Source: Callorhinchus milii
Lineage: Eukaryota
Direction: 5' to 3'
DNA: 64,000 nucleotides
NCBI RefSeq assembly: GCF_018977255.1
Contig: NW_024704743.1
Span: 60,824,001-60,888,000, forward strand
Numbering within the stretch: the first letter of the stretch is position 1; the number at the start of each line of letters is the position of its first letter. Made by a program: the position numbers and the translations under genes. Below are positions 49,698 through 62,024 of the stretch, piece after piece. Below the pieces are notes generated by a model. That model ran no database searches and had not been told where the DNA came from. It worked only from the letters and a program-made list of their open reading frames with translations.

Positions 49698-51459
49698 ATT
49701 ATAGGAAGTAACAAAGTAGAGAATTATGGAAATTACACCTTAGGAGGAAACCATTCAATCAATGAAGCCTGTAATAATGCCAGTTTGTCCCCTGGAGGCA
49801 CTGCATTTACTGTAATCCTGATTTCCTAAATCGGCATCCAAATTCAGAATAATTTTTTTATACAATTGACGAGATGCTAAATTTTAAGGCAATGGTTCAA
49901 ATTTAAGGTTAAGAATTTCCAGGTATCAGGTCCTTTAAGGGATAAATTAGGAAGAGATAACAATAATAATCCTTATATTTGGTACAACATCTTTCACGTC
50001 ATGAGGACATCTCAAAACACTTCACAGCATTTTACTGTGAAATGTAGTGACTGTATATAAAATAATCTGAGATGCTCTATATAAATGCAAGTTTATGTTG
50101 TTTTTGTGAATTTCATGGGCAAATGTAGCTGCCAATCTGCGCCTAGTAATATTCCACAAACAGCAAGGGCACTACAATAGAAAATCAAAAGATAATAATA
50201 ATATAACAATTGTTGTGTCTGATATAGCAACTTATCATGCCATTGAGATGTCTCAAAACAGCAGTCATTTTTTGCACAGCAATGTTCCATAAATAATCAT
50301 GGAGTTGTCAAGTGCTAATAGATATTCTAAACATGGACATCCAGTGGTTTTAGCTCACAAATCGTTTGGACAAGTAGTATCACTAGAGTAGTGTATCACA
50401 GAAACACAAGAAATATCTTCAAGGCAATCAGATAAAATGAGATGTATGCCAAGATCACTTCAGAAAGTGCAAGACTTCAGAGAATGCAACCCTGCAAGCC
50501 AAAGTCTTAACGAGTAGGGTTATCCTCGCTGGACAAGCAGTGGGAAGCTTGTCAGACAGTAATATCAATGCCAAGCTATGCAGTTTAGCTGGTTAGACTC
50601 CAGCAGTTACCCCAACACACACTCTGGGGTGCCCATGCCTTAGCTCATAGCAACCAACACCTAATACTTTCCAGATAAGACAAATGAGTCCCTCCATGGA
50701 AAGAGATGGATTATTCCCTAAATACCTATCTCTGGAATCTCCATGTGTAGGTGGGATACATGGAATTCTCAGTTTGGTTTCGATTCTCTTTAGCATGGTG
50801 ATGGATTTCACATGGATCAGACACGAGGATGACCGCAAAAAATGCGAGAGGAAATAAATGAGGCTTGGTTTATTAATGTTAGGAGTTCTGAGGGCTGAAA
50901 GCTCAAGAAATGTTGTTTTGTTAGCTAAAAATAGAAATGCCACGTGAACCTGAAAATTATAGGCGATACTGAAACTAAGTGCATGATACAACATGTTAAG
51001 ATAAAGGGTTATAAAGTGGATATTCTATACTTTAGGGTTTAAAAGCATTCATTTTTTTTTAAAAAAGCATTAAAGTTGATTAAGTTTATGGCAAATTAGC
51101 CTGTTGGGTTCACAATGAATCAGTTTGGGAGCACTGAATTCTTTAAGGGTCTAAACTTGGTTACCTGTTACTCGCACTATTCATGCTTGAATCCATCGGA
51201 AGTGATTCTTGAAATACGATAAATTTAGCTGATGGTATCTTTACCTATGTGGGTAGGTGAGCAATGTCAGGAGGATAGATTGCTTGAAAATAAGTGGATG
51301 AATTAAACAGAGGAGCAAATGGATGGTGAAAGGATTTAACAGATAAACAAAAGGAAATTGACATTAGCACAATTATAAACAATACACATGTGTATGAAAG
51401 AAGGGTGATTTTATTAGTTTGCCTACAAAATACAAGTCGCTGTACTTTACATTAATAAT

Positions 51460-51875
51460 TATAATCATCCTTGCATTTGCTATCATTCCTTAACATGTCG
51501 GAGGTTCATCTCAAAGAGCTTCACAGGATTTACTGTGAAGTGGAGTGACTGTGTATTTGTAGGCAAATGCAGCAGCCCAATTGTGCACAGCAATGTCCCA
51601 CAAACAGCCATGGATTGTTGGCCAGGACACCAGGAGAGAGAAACTCCCTTCTCTTTTCGAATAGTGCCACTAGATCTTTAACATCCACCTAAAAAGGCAG
51701 ATAGGACCTCAGTTTAACATTTCATTTGAAGGATGGAACGTCCAACAATGCAACACCCCCCAGCATTTCATTGGAGTGTCACCTTAGACTATCTGAGCTC
51801 AAGTCCTGACATGTGTTTCAACGCACAATGTTCTGACTCAGAGGCAAGAGTGCTACCACTAAGCTAAGCTGATGC
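51460..51875 (-). mobile_element. Old Deu-domain SINE, near full length
   Basis: Colinear with 4920-5325. Confidence 0.75.
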
Positions 51876-53194
51876 ACAATTATAGTAAATTCTGTAAGTG
51901 CTTTGAAACAGTATCCTGATGTGAAAGGCTCTAGATCAATTGAAAGGATTATTAGTATTACAATGATGATGGTTATTATTATTAGAATAGATGGGAAAGG
52001 ATTTAAGTATGATAATTGACCGGATCTTTAATTACATTAAAAAAAATCAAATTAGTTCCTAGCTAAGAGCTCCAAACTATAGCCTGTGATTTATCATTTT
52101 AATCTCAAGTTCCACGTTCTGTGATGGACTATCTGAAATGTTTATCATCAGATTAGTGTTCCATCCATTGTCATAAATATCAACAAATGACGTAAACACA
52201 TATCAGTAATGATGTATTTGTCAGTGGTGATTCACGTCGTTACAATATAGGAATCAGTTTGCTGTCCTCAGAGACTATTTATATAATTGACTTTCCATTA
52301 ACTCAAGTGCCCCAAAATAGCAATATTAATCGCTAACTTGCTGGTCCATAACATTTTGTATTACTAACCTGTGTTTTCAATCCATAGTCTGGGCTTGCAC
52401 AGAAAGCATGTGTTGGAGGTATTCAAGGCCAGGGATGGAATCTTTGCCCAACATGAGTCAGCAGCTCAGTGAGGAGAAGGGAAGGGAAGGAAAGGGGAAA
52501 AAAAATTAGGATAATATATTTAGGAGGAGATGGGGAACCATGAATCAGCTTTTCTCTTCCCTAAATAAAAAGGAGTTTGAGGTAGCCAGGATTGAGTTAT
52601 CTCTTTCACGCCTGGGTATAGTGTGATTCTTCCACTCTTCAAAAGAGACAATCAGCAAAAGGAATTTCAGAAGTTACACTGAAAGCATTGAGATGTTCTC
52701 CCGATATGAAATGGGATATAGAAATTGTATTGTATCGTACATAGCATATTGGATTATTCCACAATTTACGTAAGAAACTTGTAAACATATGGATAATATT
52801 AATAATACGTATATTTGATAAGGCGGCTTTCATGTCAGGAGACGTCTCAAAGTGCATTACAGTGTTTATTGTAAAATGTAGTGACTGTGCATTTTGTAGC
52901 CAAACAAATAATAATTCAAACAAATGTAGCATTTGCCACAGATTACTTCTCTGTTTGGCTTAGCCTGACTTTCACATAAATTCATGAGCTTTCCCTGGGA
53001 GTCTGCTTCAATCTCAATGTATCACAAGGCTAATGGAATCACTGGGATCAATGTCAAACAGACAAATCATTCTGACAAGCAACTTGTACATTGTTATAAG
53101 ATTTCAATCAGTGACTAATTTGTGGTCTGGATGGATGTTGCACTTCTGGCAGACAAGATTACATAAAGCTATGGATCTTCTCTTTGTCTCGCAG

Positions 53195-53354
53195 AGAATA
53201 ATGCCGAACCTTGCATCAACTGAGAATTATGCTGATAATACCATTGAGCCTCCATCTGTCGAGACGGCACAGAACTTAATAAGGCAAAAGATAATGGATG
53301 CACAGTTTAAGTGTTATGAAAAAATGGTCAGAGATCCTCCACTTAGTAAACCAG
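53195..53354 (+). CDS. CALCR: Calcitonin receptor coding exon 2 (N-terminal ECD helix, RIMPNL...TIEP...KIMDAQFKCYEKMVRDPPLSKP)
   Basis: Acceptor tctttgtctcgcAG, donor GTAAAT; 160 nt, phase 0->1. DAQxKCY and TIEP match CALCR rather than CALCRL (TAQYECY). Confidence 0.93.
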
Positions 53355-53435
53355 GTAAATAACAAATTGGTATCTTTAATAAATGGTTTATCAAAGCATA
53401 GTACAGACAATCACCAGCAGTTTCTAATATTCCAG

Positions 53436-53546
53436 GCCCATATTGTAACAGAACCTGGGATGGATGGTTATGCTGGGAGGACACCGTGGCTGGAACACTC
53501 AACATGCAGAACTGTCCAGACTATTTCAATGACTTTGATGAAACTG
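53436..53546 (+). CDS. CALCR: Calcitonin receptor coding exon 3 ([37 protein letters not shown])
   Basis: Acceptor tattccAG, donor GTAAGA; 111 nt, phase 1->1. Contains the class B GPCR ECD signature [11 protein letters not shown]...CPDYF. Confidence 0.97.
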
Positions 53547-53909
53547 GTAAGAGATTCATTCTTTGTTTCTTTGTTCTCTCGACCCCATCCTTACCCCTCT
53601 CCTTACCTCCCAACTCCACCTCCTTGCTATTGGATTAGATGCAGGTAAATACAAGTTGTTGGTGAAGAAGCTGGCACAGTGCATTTGACTAGACAGGTAA
53701 ATGAGAGAGATCTTACCCCTGCACTTTAAGCAATGCATTTGTGGGTATTAATAGATGAGGAATGGGTTAAGAACACAGCAATTTTACCTCATATGTGTAA
53801 ATAGCATGGTGGCTGAAATGCTTTGTTCTCCGAAATTCGGTTTGTGTTAACACTTGTTAAAAGAGAGATGATTTTACGGAACTCTATTTTCTGTTTGCTT
53901 TCTTTCAAG

Positions 53910-54022
53910 AAAAAGTGACAAAATACTGTGATGACAACGGGAACTGGTTTAAACATCCAGAGACCAATCGTACTTGGTCCAATTACACATTTTGTAATAA
54001 ATTTGCAGATTATAAAATAAAG
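53910..54022 (+). CDS. CALCR: Calcitonin receptor coding exon 4 ([38 protein letters not shown])
   Basis: Acceptor tttgctttctttcaAG, donor GTAAGT; 113 nt, phase 1->0. KYCD, FKHPE and WSNYT are CALCR-type residues. Confidence 0.97.
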
Positions 54023-56204
54023 GTAAGTCTTTTCCCCTCCTCCGGAATTGTTGGCCACATGGCTGAGCAAAACAAAATTTGCAAATGAATTGCATTTTCA
54101 TTTGCACTTGAAGTTTATATATACATTCATCACTGAGATTACTTATCTTAAGGGCTCTAAAAACAGAAGACATGATGCGTGATAAGGAGCCACTGAGCAT
54201 GGCCTAGCTACTGGCGATGTAGATATCGGGAAATAAATCAACTGATGATTGGGGTTTAAGACAGAGTGTTGTAGGATTTATTTTTCACTTTGGGGCCACA
54301 ATCGTCTTTTCCTGAACTTATGAATTCCTTCACTGCAATAACTCACTTACGTTTCTGGCAATCATTCGTCCACAACTTTGTTGCTCTATAATTATCAGAC
54401 TACTGGTGGGTTCAACATTATACCCCAATGTCCTCATCATGTATACTCTGTATACGGTGTATCCAATCCCAATTGAATCTGAGTAACATAAATAATTGTG
54501 TTCAGAAAAAAGATATGTGAAGGGTATGTTTATTTACTGTCAAAATAAAGTCAATCAGATTTCAGGATTAAAAATGTGCATACTTGCCTGCTTCATGTCT
54601 CTGCTCTACCCCGCCACCATTGACGGTTAGACTTTCAGCATATCTGCTGAATCAAGATCTACCTCAAAACTTTCCTATTGAGTGTACTTTCTGTCATCCT
54701 TCCTGCCACTCCCAGTCCCCTTGGTTCCCAACCCCTTTGGTCCATTATCCTTGGCTTCCACCCATAGCTTGAGTAATGGTCTATCCAGTACCTTGGGACG
54801 CCTTTCCGATGTGAAAGCTACTGTATAAATTTGTTGGTGGTGGTGTCTGTCATATTTGAAACCCTGAGCCTGTGCCTCCTGCTGCCTTGGGGTATCTGAA
54901 AGCATGATTCTGGGTTTACTTTCTCAATTCTTTCTGTTCAGTGAAGTCTATCTTTGGTTGATTATACAACTGACGGTTGTTTTGTTAGTTTATTATCATG
55001 AGCAATCATACAAACAAGTAACAAAATTATCATCATCTTTAGTATTCGGCATGTGATAGATTCCAATTTGAACATCAGCATCAATCCAATCAAATCCTTA
55101 ATTTCTCCATTTTGCCCAACAATCTGAAAGATTGCATATTGAAGAGGGAATGTGATAAAATTTTGGCAAAGAAAATGGTTGAGTGTGTATGAGATAAAGG
55201 TCTTTTTTGTATGATAGTTTTTAAACTTGGGGACTGACCATTTATCTTTTCCAGTTCTGTGTATTGTCATACTCTGTGCTGTAAGATTCTATGATACTAT
55301 GATTCTATACTCATATCACAAAGAACTCAGCTCAAACAAAGATTATTGTGATCAATTCTTGTAAAACTTCTCGATTAGCTAAGCAATCAGATATTGGACT
55401 CCCACTGAGTATACAACGATTTACATATATATAGCTCCTTTCACGTCAGGAGGACGTCTCAAAGCGCTTCATCCTCTGACTGGGAATCCGAGCTATATAG
55501 AAATGTTTTATCCTCATTTCCAATCTGCAAATACAATCATCTCACACACACTAAGCACTGGCAGGAACTGTTTTATAACCCAATAAAAGCAACAGTTGGG
55601 GTACACAGCAACCTTTCAGCCTTCTGGTATCCAAACATAAATAGCAACAAGTCACATAAATGGTTATAATTAGGTGGCAATTCAAAGTGAAAACACATGA
55701 TATAATTTGGAGCAAACAACCCACTAGAAATATTCCCATGAAATCAAGGCCAGCAGATGAAGGTATGTTTTTTGAATGAAAAAGGAATTGAATGACTGAA
55801 TTGCATTCTTGTTTGCAGTACTTGGCACATGCCTGTTCTGAGGGCAAACTAGACTATATTGATGACTAGCATTTCTGTTTAGTATCTTCCCGCTCCCCCG
55901 AGTCTGAAGTTGCTACTATCAAAGAAAGCTTTGACATGTTAGTTTTGCAGGGAGATAAACTGCATGCAGAACACCAAGCAATACAGAGATTGATATCAAT
56001 GTATCTGCTATACTAACAGACTTTAGTGAAGAATCTGAACTAATCCCACGGGTGATCAACTTTTCATAATCATAGCTGCTGCTGTGTTATTAATGTCAAA
56101 TAAAATGCATTTAAAACTAAAATTTATAAACATGGGTTATATTTTTTAAAAATTGCATATTTTCAGATTACAACTACTGTAATGTTATTTTTCTTTCTTA
56201 CCAG

Positions 56205-56296
56205 ATGGCACGTATTCTTTACTACATGGCTGTTGTGGGTCACACACTCTCCATAGTAGCATTACTTATTTCTTTGGCTATTTTCTTCTATTTCAA
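56205..56296 (+). CDS. CALCR: Calcitonin receptor coding exon 5 (TM1: MARILYYMAVVGHTLSIVALLISLAIFFYF)
   Basis: Acceptor ttttctttcttaccAG, donor GTAAGT; 92 nt, phase 0->2. Hydrophobic TM1 with the YxxxVGHxLS motif. Confidence 0.97.
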
Positions 56297-57551
56297 GTAA
56301 GTGCATCAAGTATTAATTTGATTTTCTCCTCCAATTTTCTCCTCTCCTGCCTTGAGGGCTCATACATCACATTTTCGCAATGCATTTTCCACTGTGTTTT
56401 GAGAAATGAGAGAAAGCAAGGTGTTTTAAAATTTCAAATCCCAAACCTGCAGATGTAATTATTTATTTTGACTTATCTTGTAAGCTGCAAATAAGACAGT
56501 TCTTCATAAGTCAAAATAATATCTGCTGGGTTAGCTCATTTGTTGGCAAGTCCAAAACAAGGGGCTATTAATATAAGATAGCTTGTAGTAGATCTTCAGG
56601 GGGTGGTGAGCATGTGGAACTCACTGCTGAAAGCTGCGTGTGAAGCAAAACAAATTAACATACATAAGGAAAATTGATGCATACATAGAATCATAGAATA
56701 TTAGAATATTACAGCACAAAAGAAGGCCATTCGGCCCATCGTGCTTGTGGCGGATCTTTGGAAGAGCTATCCAATCAGTCCCACTCCCACAATGCAGTAA
56801 TCCCCTTCCTGGACTGCATTAGAGTACCAACCTAGACTATAGGAATTCAAATTCCCAGTGTTGGGCTTGAACTCACTCTTCTGATTCAGAAGCGAGAGTG
56901 ATACCAACCGAGCCAGGCTGATACATGAGAGAGAAGGGAATAGAAAGGAATAGGAGACGGGAAAGGGGTTGGCATTAGGAGGGGTGGATGCTTGTGTGGA
57001 CTAGTTGAACCAAACAACCTGTTTCTATACCATATCTTTGTAGTTTTATGAATATCTTTCCATTTAATTAATGCACTGAGTGTAATTTCCCAGCTATCAG
57101 CTTCACATTGGTTTAGTGGTTTCACCAAACTGTATATGGTTTCTATAACTGGACTGAGAGATAGATTTTCTACATATAATACCTGGTGAACTGGGAAGCA
57201 TTTGGTTTACTGTCTTCCTTCAATAATCACTCAATGAAAGATCAGTTGGAAATGATCTCTCACGTGGATCAGGTGGGATACCACCATAGAAGTTTTTAAG
57301 ATATGGGAGAAGAAATAGGAAATCCCCTGGCTAATAGTTTCAAGAGCTCGATAAACACAGAAGCTGTACTTGATGTGAGGATGTCAAACATGAGTAGAAA
57401 ACAATAGAAAAAAAGGAGTGAGTGAGTGAGTGAGCGAGTGAGCAAGAACAACAAGAACAACATCTTACATTTGTATTGCGCCTTTCACATCAAGAGAGTG
57501 CCCCAAAGCACTGGAGTGGAGGATTACGGTGCAGAATTATAGAACAATTTG

Positions 57552-57935
57552 CCTTTGACATAACAGTAGTTCAGAAAATTCCCAAGTTAAAAGTTCATCA
57601 GGAAACAACTGTATGAAGTCGATGTCCTGGAAGTTTTGTTTACTGACATGTCAACAGAGGACATGCAGAATAAAGGACATCTATAGTGCAGAATTATAGA
57701 ACAATTTGCTTTCCATTTACATTGCCAATGTTGGGGAAAATGGTTGAAAGGGTTTTACAGATGCTATCAGCATTGATCAAAAGAGTGCGGAGGCCATAAG
57801 GAGGAGGTAGCATACCTTTAGAGTCATGCCTCACAAATCTATTGGAATTCTTTGAGGAGGTGAGTTAGTGGTAGGCACCAGCTATCCAGTGCTTATTTAG
57901 ATTTTTCACAAAACATTCCATTAAGTTCTGCATCT
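57552..57935 (+). mobile_element. Heavily decayed CR1 RT fragment
   Basis: NYR.....L..VGKM.E and SCLTNLLEFFEEV...YLDF.K.F..V.H remnants. Confidence 0.65.
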
Positions 57936-58375
57936 TTGGGTTCTTGGTGGGTGAATTATCTCAGTGCCACTGCATGAAGGTGACTATGACACTTAGACAA
58001 AACCATTTTCCATTTGATGCAAGAAAATTCACACCAGAATCTTAAAGGTCTTGTGTAGGGGACAAGTGTCTCTTCTTTAGACTCTATTAGAGGAGAGAGT
58101 TTATCCTGATGTCCCAGCCAACAATTCCCCAATAAAATTGGTTATTCACTCCATGGCTTCACTTCAGGGGTGTTGATTGCTGAGAGCAAATGGGCTGCTG
58201 TGTTTGTCTACAAATGCGTAGTGGGATCATGCGATCTTTAATGTCCAACTGAACAGGCAGACGGGATCTTTGGTTTAATGTCTCATTCAAAAGATCTTAT
58301 TTTTATTTTGATGTCCACTTGCACTAAAAAACCTCCAACAATGCTTCAAAAGGCTGACACAATGCCAATAGCAAA

Positions 58376-58702
58376 CATAATAATAATAATAATAATCCTT
58401 GCATTTGATATAGCGCTTTTCACGTCGGGAGGACGTCCCAAAGCGCTTCACAGAATATACTGTAAAGTGAATTGACTGTATATTTGTGGGCGAACGCGGC
58501 AGCCAATTGCGCACAGCAATGTCCCACAAACAGTCGTAGATTGAAAATGACCAATTTATTATTGTTTTTGGTTTTGGAGGGATTATTATTAGGCTCTGTG
58601 TGGAGTAAGGAAACTTGCCCAAGGTTTCGCCCTCTGCCTGGAATTGAACTCAGGTCTCTCACTTGCAAAGCGAGTGCTCTAACCACTGAGCTACAGGACT
58701 CC
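58376..58702 (-). mobile_element. Young tRNA-derived SINE, short variant
   Basis: Near-identical to 7732-8066; possible short TSD acataa. Confidence 0.9.
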
Positions 58703-59523
58703 ACATAAATCATAGACTATTGTAACAATTGAATTCATCGCTGAATTTTGTAATCTTCTTTAACTTGTTCTTGGGTTAAGTAGCACAGCGAATGGCAAAG
58801 GAACAATTTGTTCCTCAACTTACATCAGTGCTAACACTCTGGATTCAATGTTGCTCCTGGCCTCTACACCTTTGCATCCCACTCCTCTGTTGACATGTCA
58901 GTAAACAAACCTTTTCAACCATTTTCCCCAACATTGGCAATGTAAATGGAAAGCAAATTGTTCTATAATTCTGCACTATAGATGTCCTTTATTCTGCATG
59001 TCCTCTATTAACATGTCAGTAAACAAAACTTCCAGGACATCGACTTTATACAGTTGTTTCCTGATGAACTTTTAACTAGGGTATTCTCTGAACTACTGTT
59101 ATGTCAAAGGTCCTGGGAGGAGAGGGAGTTTGTATCTATGGAATTAAAGATTCTGTGGAATCTGTGGGATACTTTCTTATTTTTATTTTGCTGTCTATTA
59201 AAGAGCCAGGTCAAACAGAATCTAGTGCTGGTATTGCCTCAATTTGCTTTATTTATGAGAGGCAACATTGAAACTATTCACCAATCTCAGGATCAAGACA
59301 GCAAAACAAGACAACACAGGTCTGGAGTGCCAAAAGGCAATTTCAGGACAGACACCAGGAAACATTTCTTTACTTTGAGGGCAATTAACAACTAGAAGAG
59401 ATGACAGGACAGGTGGTTGAGTCCAGGACAATGCTGGACTCATTTAAAAAACATGCTGGGATGGAAGGACGCAGGATGGGGATTCTGGAAGGGTGTGATC
59501 AAATGGGCTGAAGGGCATTTTGC

Positions 59524-59870
59524 CTACAAACCAATCTTGTGAATTTGTGAAGAGCTATTCTGACAAGCAATGTTAAACATGTAGTGGTGCAGTGTGTAGG
59601 AGGGCTGATAGCTCAGTCCACCATCACCAACCAGCCAGAATGGTTCAGCCTGTTGCCCTTGATGCCATTGACACCAGACTTGAGATGATTGCAGACTAAC
59701 CTCAGGAGGTAGTGTCAACGGGGCACATAAACTGCAGCATATATGGAGTGTGAACATTTCCTGTATCCACAACACGGCTGTTGCTGCAGCTGAAATGTCA
59801 AACATTTACAGAATGTATGTGTATAACACGCAACAACATTCTGCCTGGTTTCGGCCGAGTGAATTTGTGA
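59524..59870 (-). pseudogene. Decayed PIF/Harbinger-like transposase fragment
   Basis: In order across frames on the minus strand: QNVVACYTH (~PNVxGAIDGTH), YRKCSHSI (~NRKGxHSIN), SLQSSQV and WLVGDGG (~WLLGDSGY), then MFNIA (~xFNxAH). Confidence 0.5.
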
Positions 59871-60860
59871 CCTTTATTATGATGATAGACTTTCACAGAT
59901 AAAGATAGTGGCAAAGAATCCACCTGAGGGGTTTGAATTTAGTGTGGTACATTCAACAAGGAGACACCATAAACTGGTAAATAAACATGACTGAAATAAA
60001 TTAGAGGAATAGACCTACACGTAAATTAAACTAATTATCAAATTATGGGCTGGGATTCCAGAGCTCATCTACTCAGCTTCACTGGTATGTTATTCACAAC
60101 CTCATTGTCTACAATGGTTTACAGCCTGTCAGACTCTTCAAAAGGCCTGTGCTCAGATTTAGATCAAGAAATGTGATAAAGGTCTGGTGCATCTATATGT
60201 ATGACAGTCAATCTATCCCTCTACTGCAACAGTCTATAATTGTATGCTCTTTGAGAAAGCCAATAATATAATATAGTCTGGGACAATTTTCCAAGGTAGG
60301 GATGTAGATAATATTTCTTTTTTCCCTCCACACTCTCTTCCTCTGATGAAAGTACTAGATCATCCTGAGGTATGGTTCAATGGGTGCCGATTGCCCTCCT
60401 TGTTAATATTTCAGCCTAGACAGTAAGTTGTAAGATGTTTGACCATCAGGGGAAGAGGTGAATAACAATGATGTCAACTTGACACCCCCACAAACACATG
60501 AACTTGCCAGTAGGGACTTAGGGATAGTTATCAGGAAAATGATTCCTAATAGTTTCTGTAACCTCAGCTGCTATGAATTTTGGCATGCAGTGACAGCACT
60601 AAACAATAAACTGTAATGTTATACTGGCATGAATAATAACCCCAACAGAGTTGGGTTTCAGTCACTAGCACTGGCAACAGTGCTTATTCCATCATCACTG
60701 CACAGATGTGCAATGCAAATAAGGCATGAATCTGGCGCCTCTATCCCAGTGGGCAGTCATGTTCCCTGGTAGGACACATCAATTAGCCTTACAAAGACTT
60801 GTATTCAGAATGAGTTGTGCTTTATTCATCCCTGTAATGCAGGGACTTGTTGTGTGGAAT

Positions 60861-61295
60861 GGTGAGACAGATATTAATGCGCCCCAGCTCACATAGTGAC
60901 ACAGATGTTAATGCTCCCAGCTCCCACTGTGAGACAAATTTTAGTTCTTTGCAGAATGAGACAGAATGACTAGACAAGCTACAGCTCTTCAGTCCTGAGA
61001 GAAGACAACTCAGAAAGGACCTCATAAAGGTGCATAACATTTAAATGGGATTGAAAAGGTAAACCCAGAACAATACTTTAGGATGCACCAAGACAGTAGA
61101 ACAAAAAGACATAGGTGTAGAGTTGCAAAGGGCAATTCCAGGACAGATTGGGGAAGCTTTTCTTTACTCAGAGGGTAACTAACCCCTGGAACAGGTTGTC
61201 AGGGAGGTAACGTTTTGAGGTGTTAGTTTTCCCAGCTCGCAGTGTGAGACAGATGTTAATCCTTCCCAGCTCACAGAGTGAGACAGATGTTAGCA
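60861..61295 (+). repeat. Degenerate ~35-bp repeat (gtgagacagatgttaatgctcccagctcaca) interrupted by a CR1 fragment (about 60970-61210)
   Basis: Several units on each side of the CR1 piece. A second cluster lies at about 63318-63545. Confidence 0.75.
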
Positions 61296-61367
61296 CAGCT
61301 GTTCTAGTTGCATTGGTTGCCTATCTCAGTAGCGATTGCAAAGTGGTCGCTGGGGACTTTGTCATAA

Positions 61368-61684
61368 ATATAATAATAATAATAATCCTTCCATTTGATA
61401 CAGCGCTTTTCACGTCTTCTAGTCGTCTCAAAGTGCTTCACAGAATATTCTGTAAAGCGAATAGACTGTATATTTGTGGGTGAAATGCAGCAGCCAATTG
61501 CGCACAGCAGTGTCCCACAAACAGTCGTGGATTGAAGTGACCAATCTATTATTGTTTTGTTTCTTGAGAGATTATTATCGGGCATGTGGAGTAAGGAAAC
61601 TTGCCCAAGGTTTCGCGCTGCCGGGAATTGAACTCAGGTCTCTCGCTTGCGAGGCGAGTACTCTAACCACGGAGCTACATGACA
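61368..61684 (-). mobile_element. tRNA-derived SINE, short variant
   Basis: Near full-length family match. Confidence 0.9.
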
Positions 61685-62024
61685 TATTTTGTCCAGGCTT
61701 ACTTCTTTACCACTTAACAGATGAGATTTGATCCGCATAAGCATATCAAGGTGATTTTCTTTCAATCGGTCTTGTGATTTTATATTTTTATATATATTAT
61801 TCATAAATTTTTATATTTTTTATGTAAGTTTTTAATTTTAAATATAAGTTTTTATATTATTCACAAATGTTGTGCTAGCAGGGTTAGTTATACTAAACTA
61901 GGGTTAGTTTGTTTATAAACTATCAAGGACATCATTGTTGCAATCCCTTCGTAGGTAACTGGAAGCTACAAGTCCCTCACAGAGCAGTTAGAAACATTAA
62001 TCTTTTTCTCTGTTTCCCCCTCAG

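Noticed and set aside
53033..53194. ATGs at 53033 and 53171 as the receptor start
   Set aside because: They are intronic, give no signal peptide, and a strong acceptor precedes 53195. The 44390 exon supplies the expected 51-nt leader.
54165..54250. C/D box snoRNA (ATGATG...CTGA)
   Set aside because: The C box is imperfect, there is no terminal stem, and I recognise no guide sequence.
56297..62024. Equivalent of the human 16-aa ICL1 insert exon
   Set aside because: No convincing candidate was seen, and the flanking exons join in frame without it.
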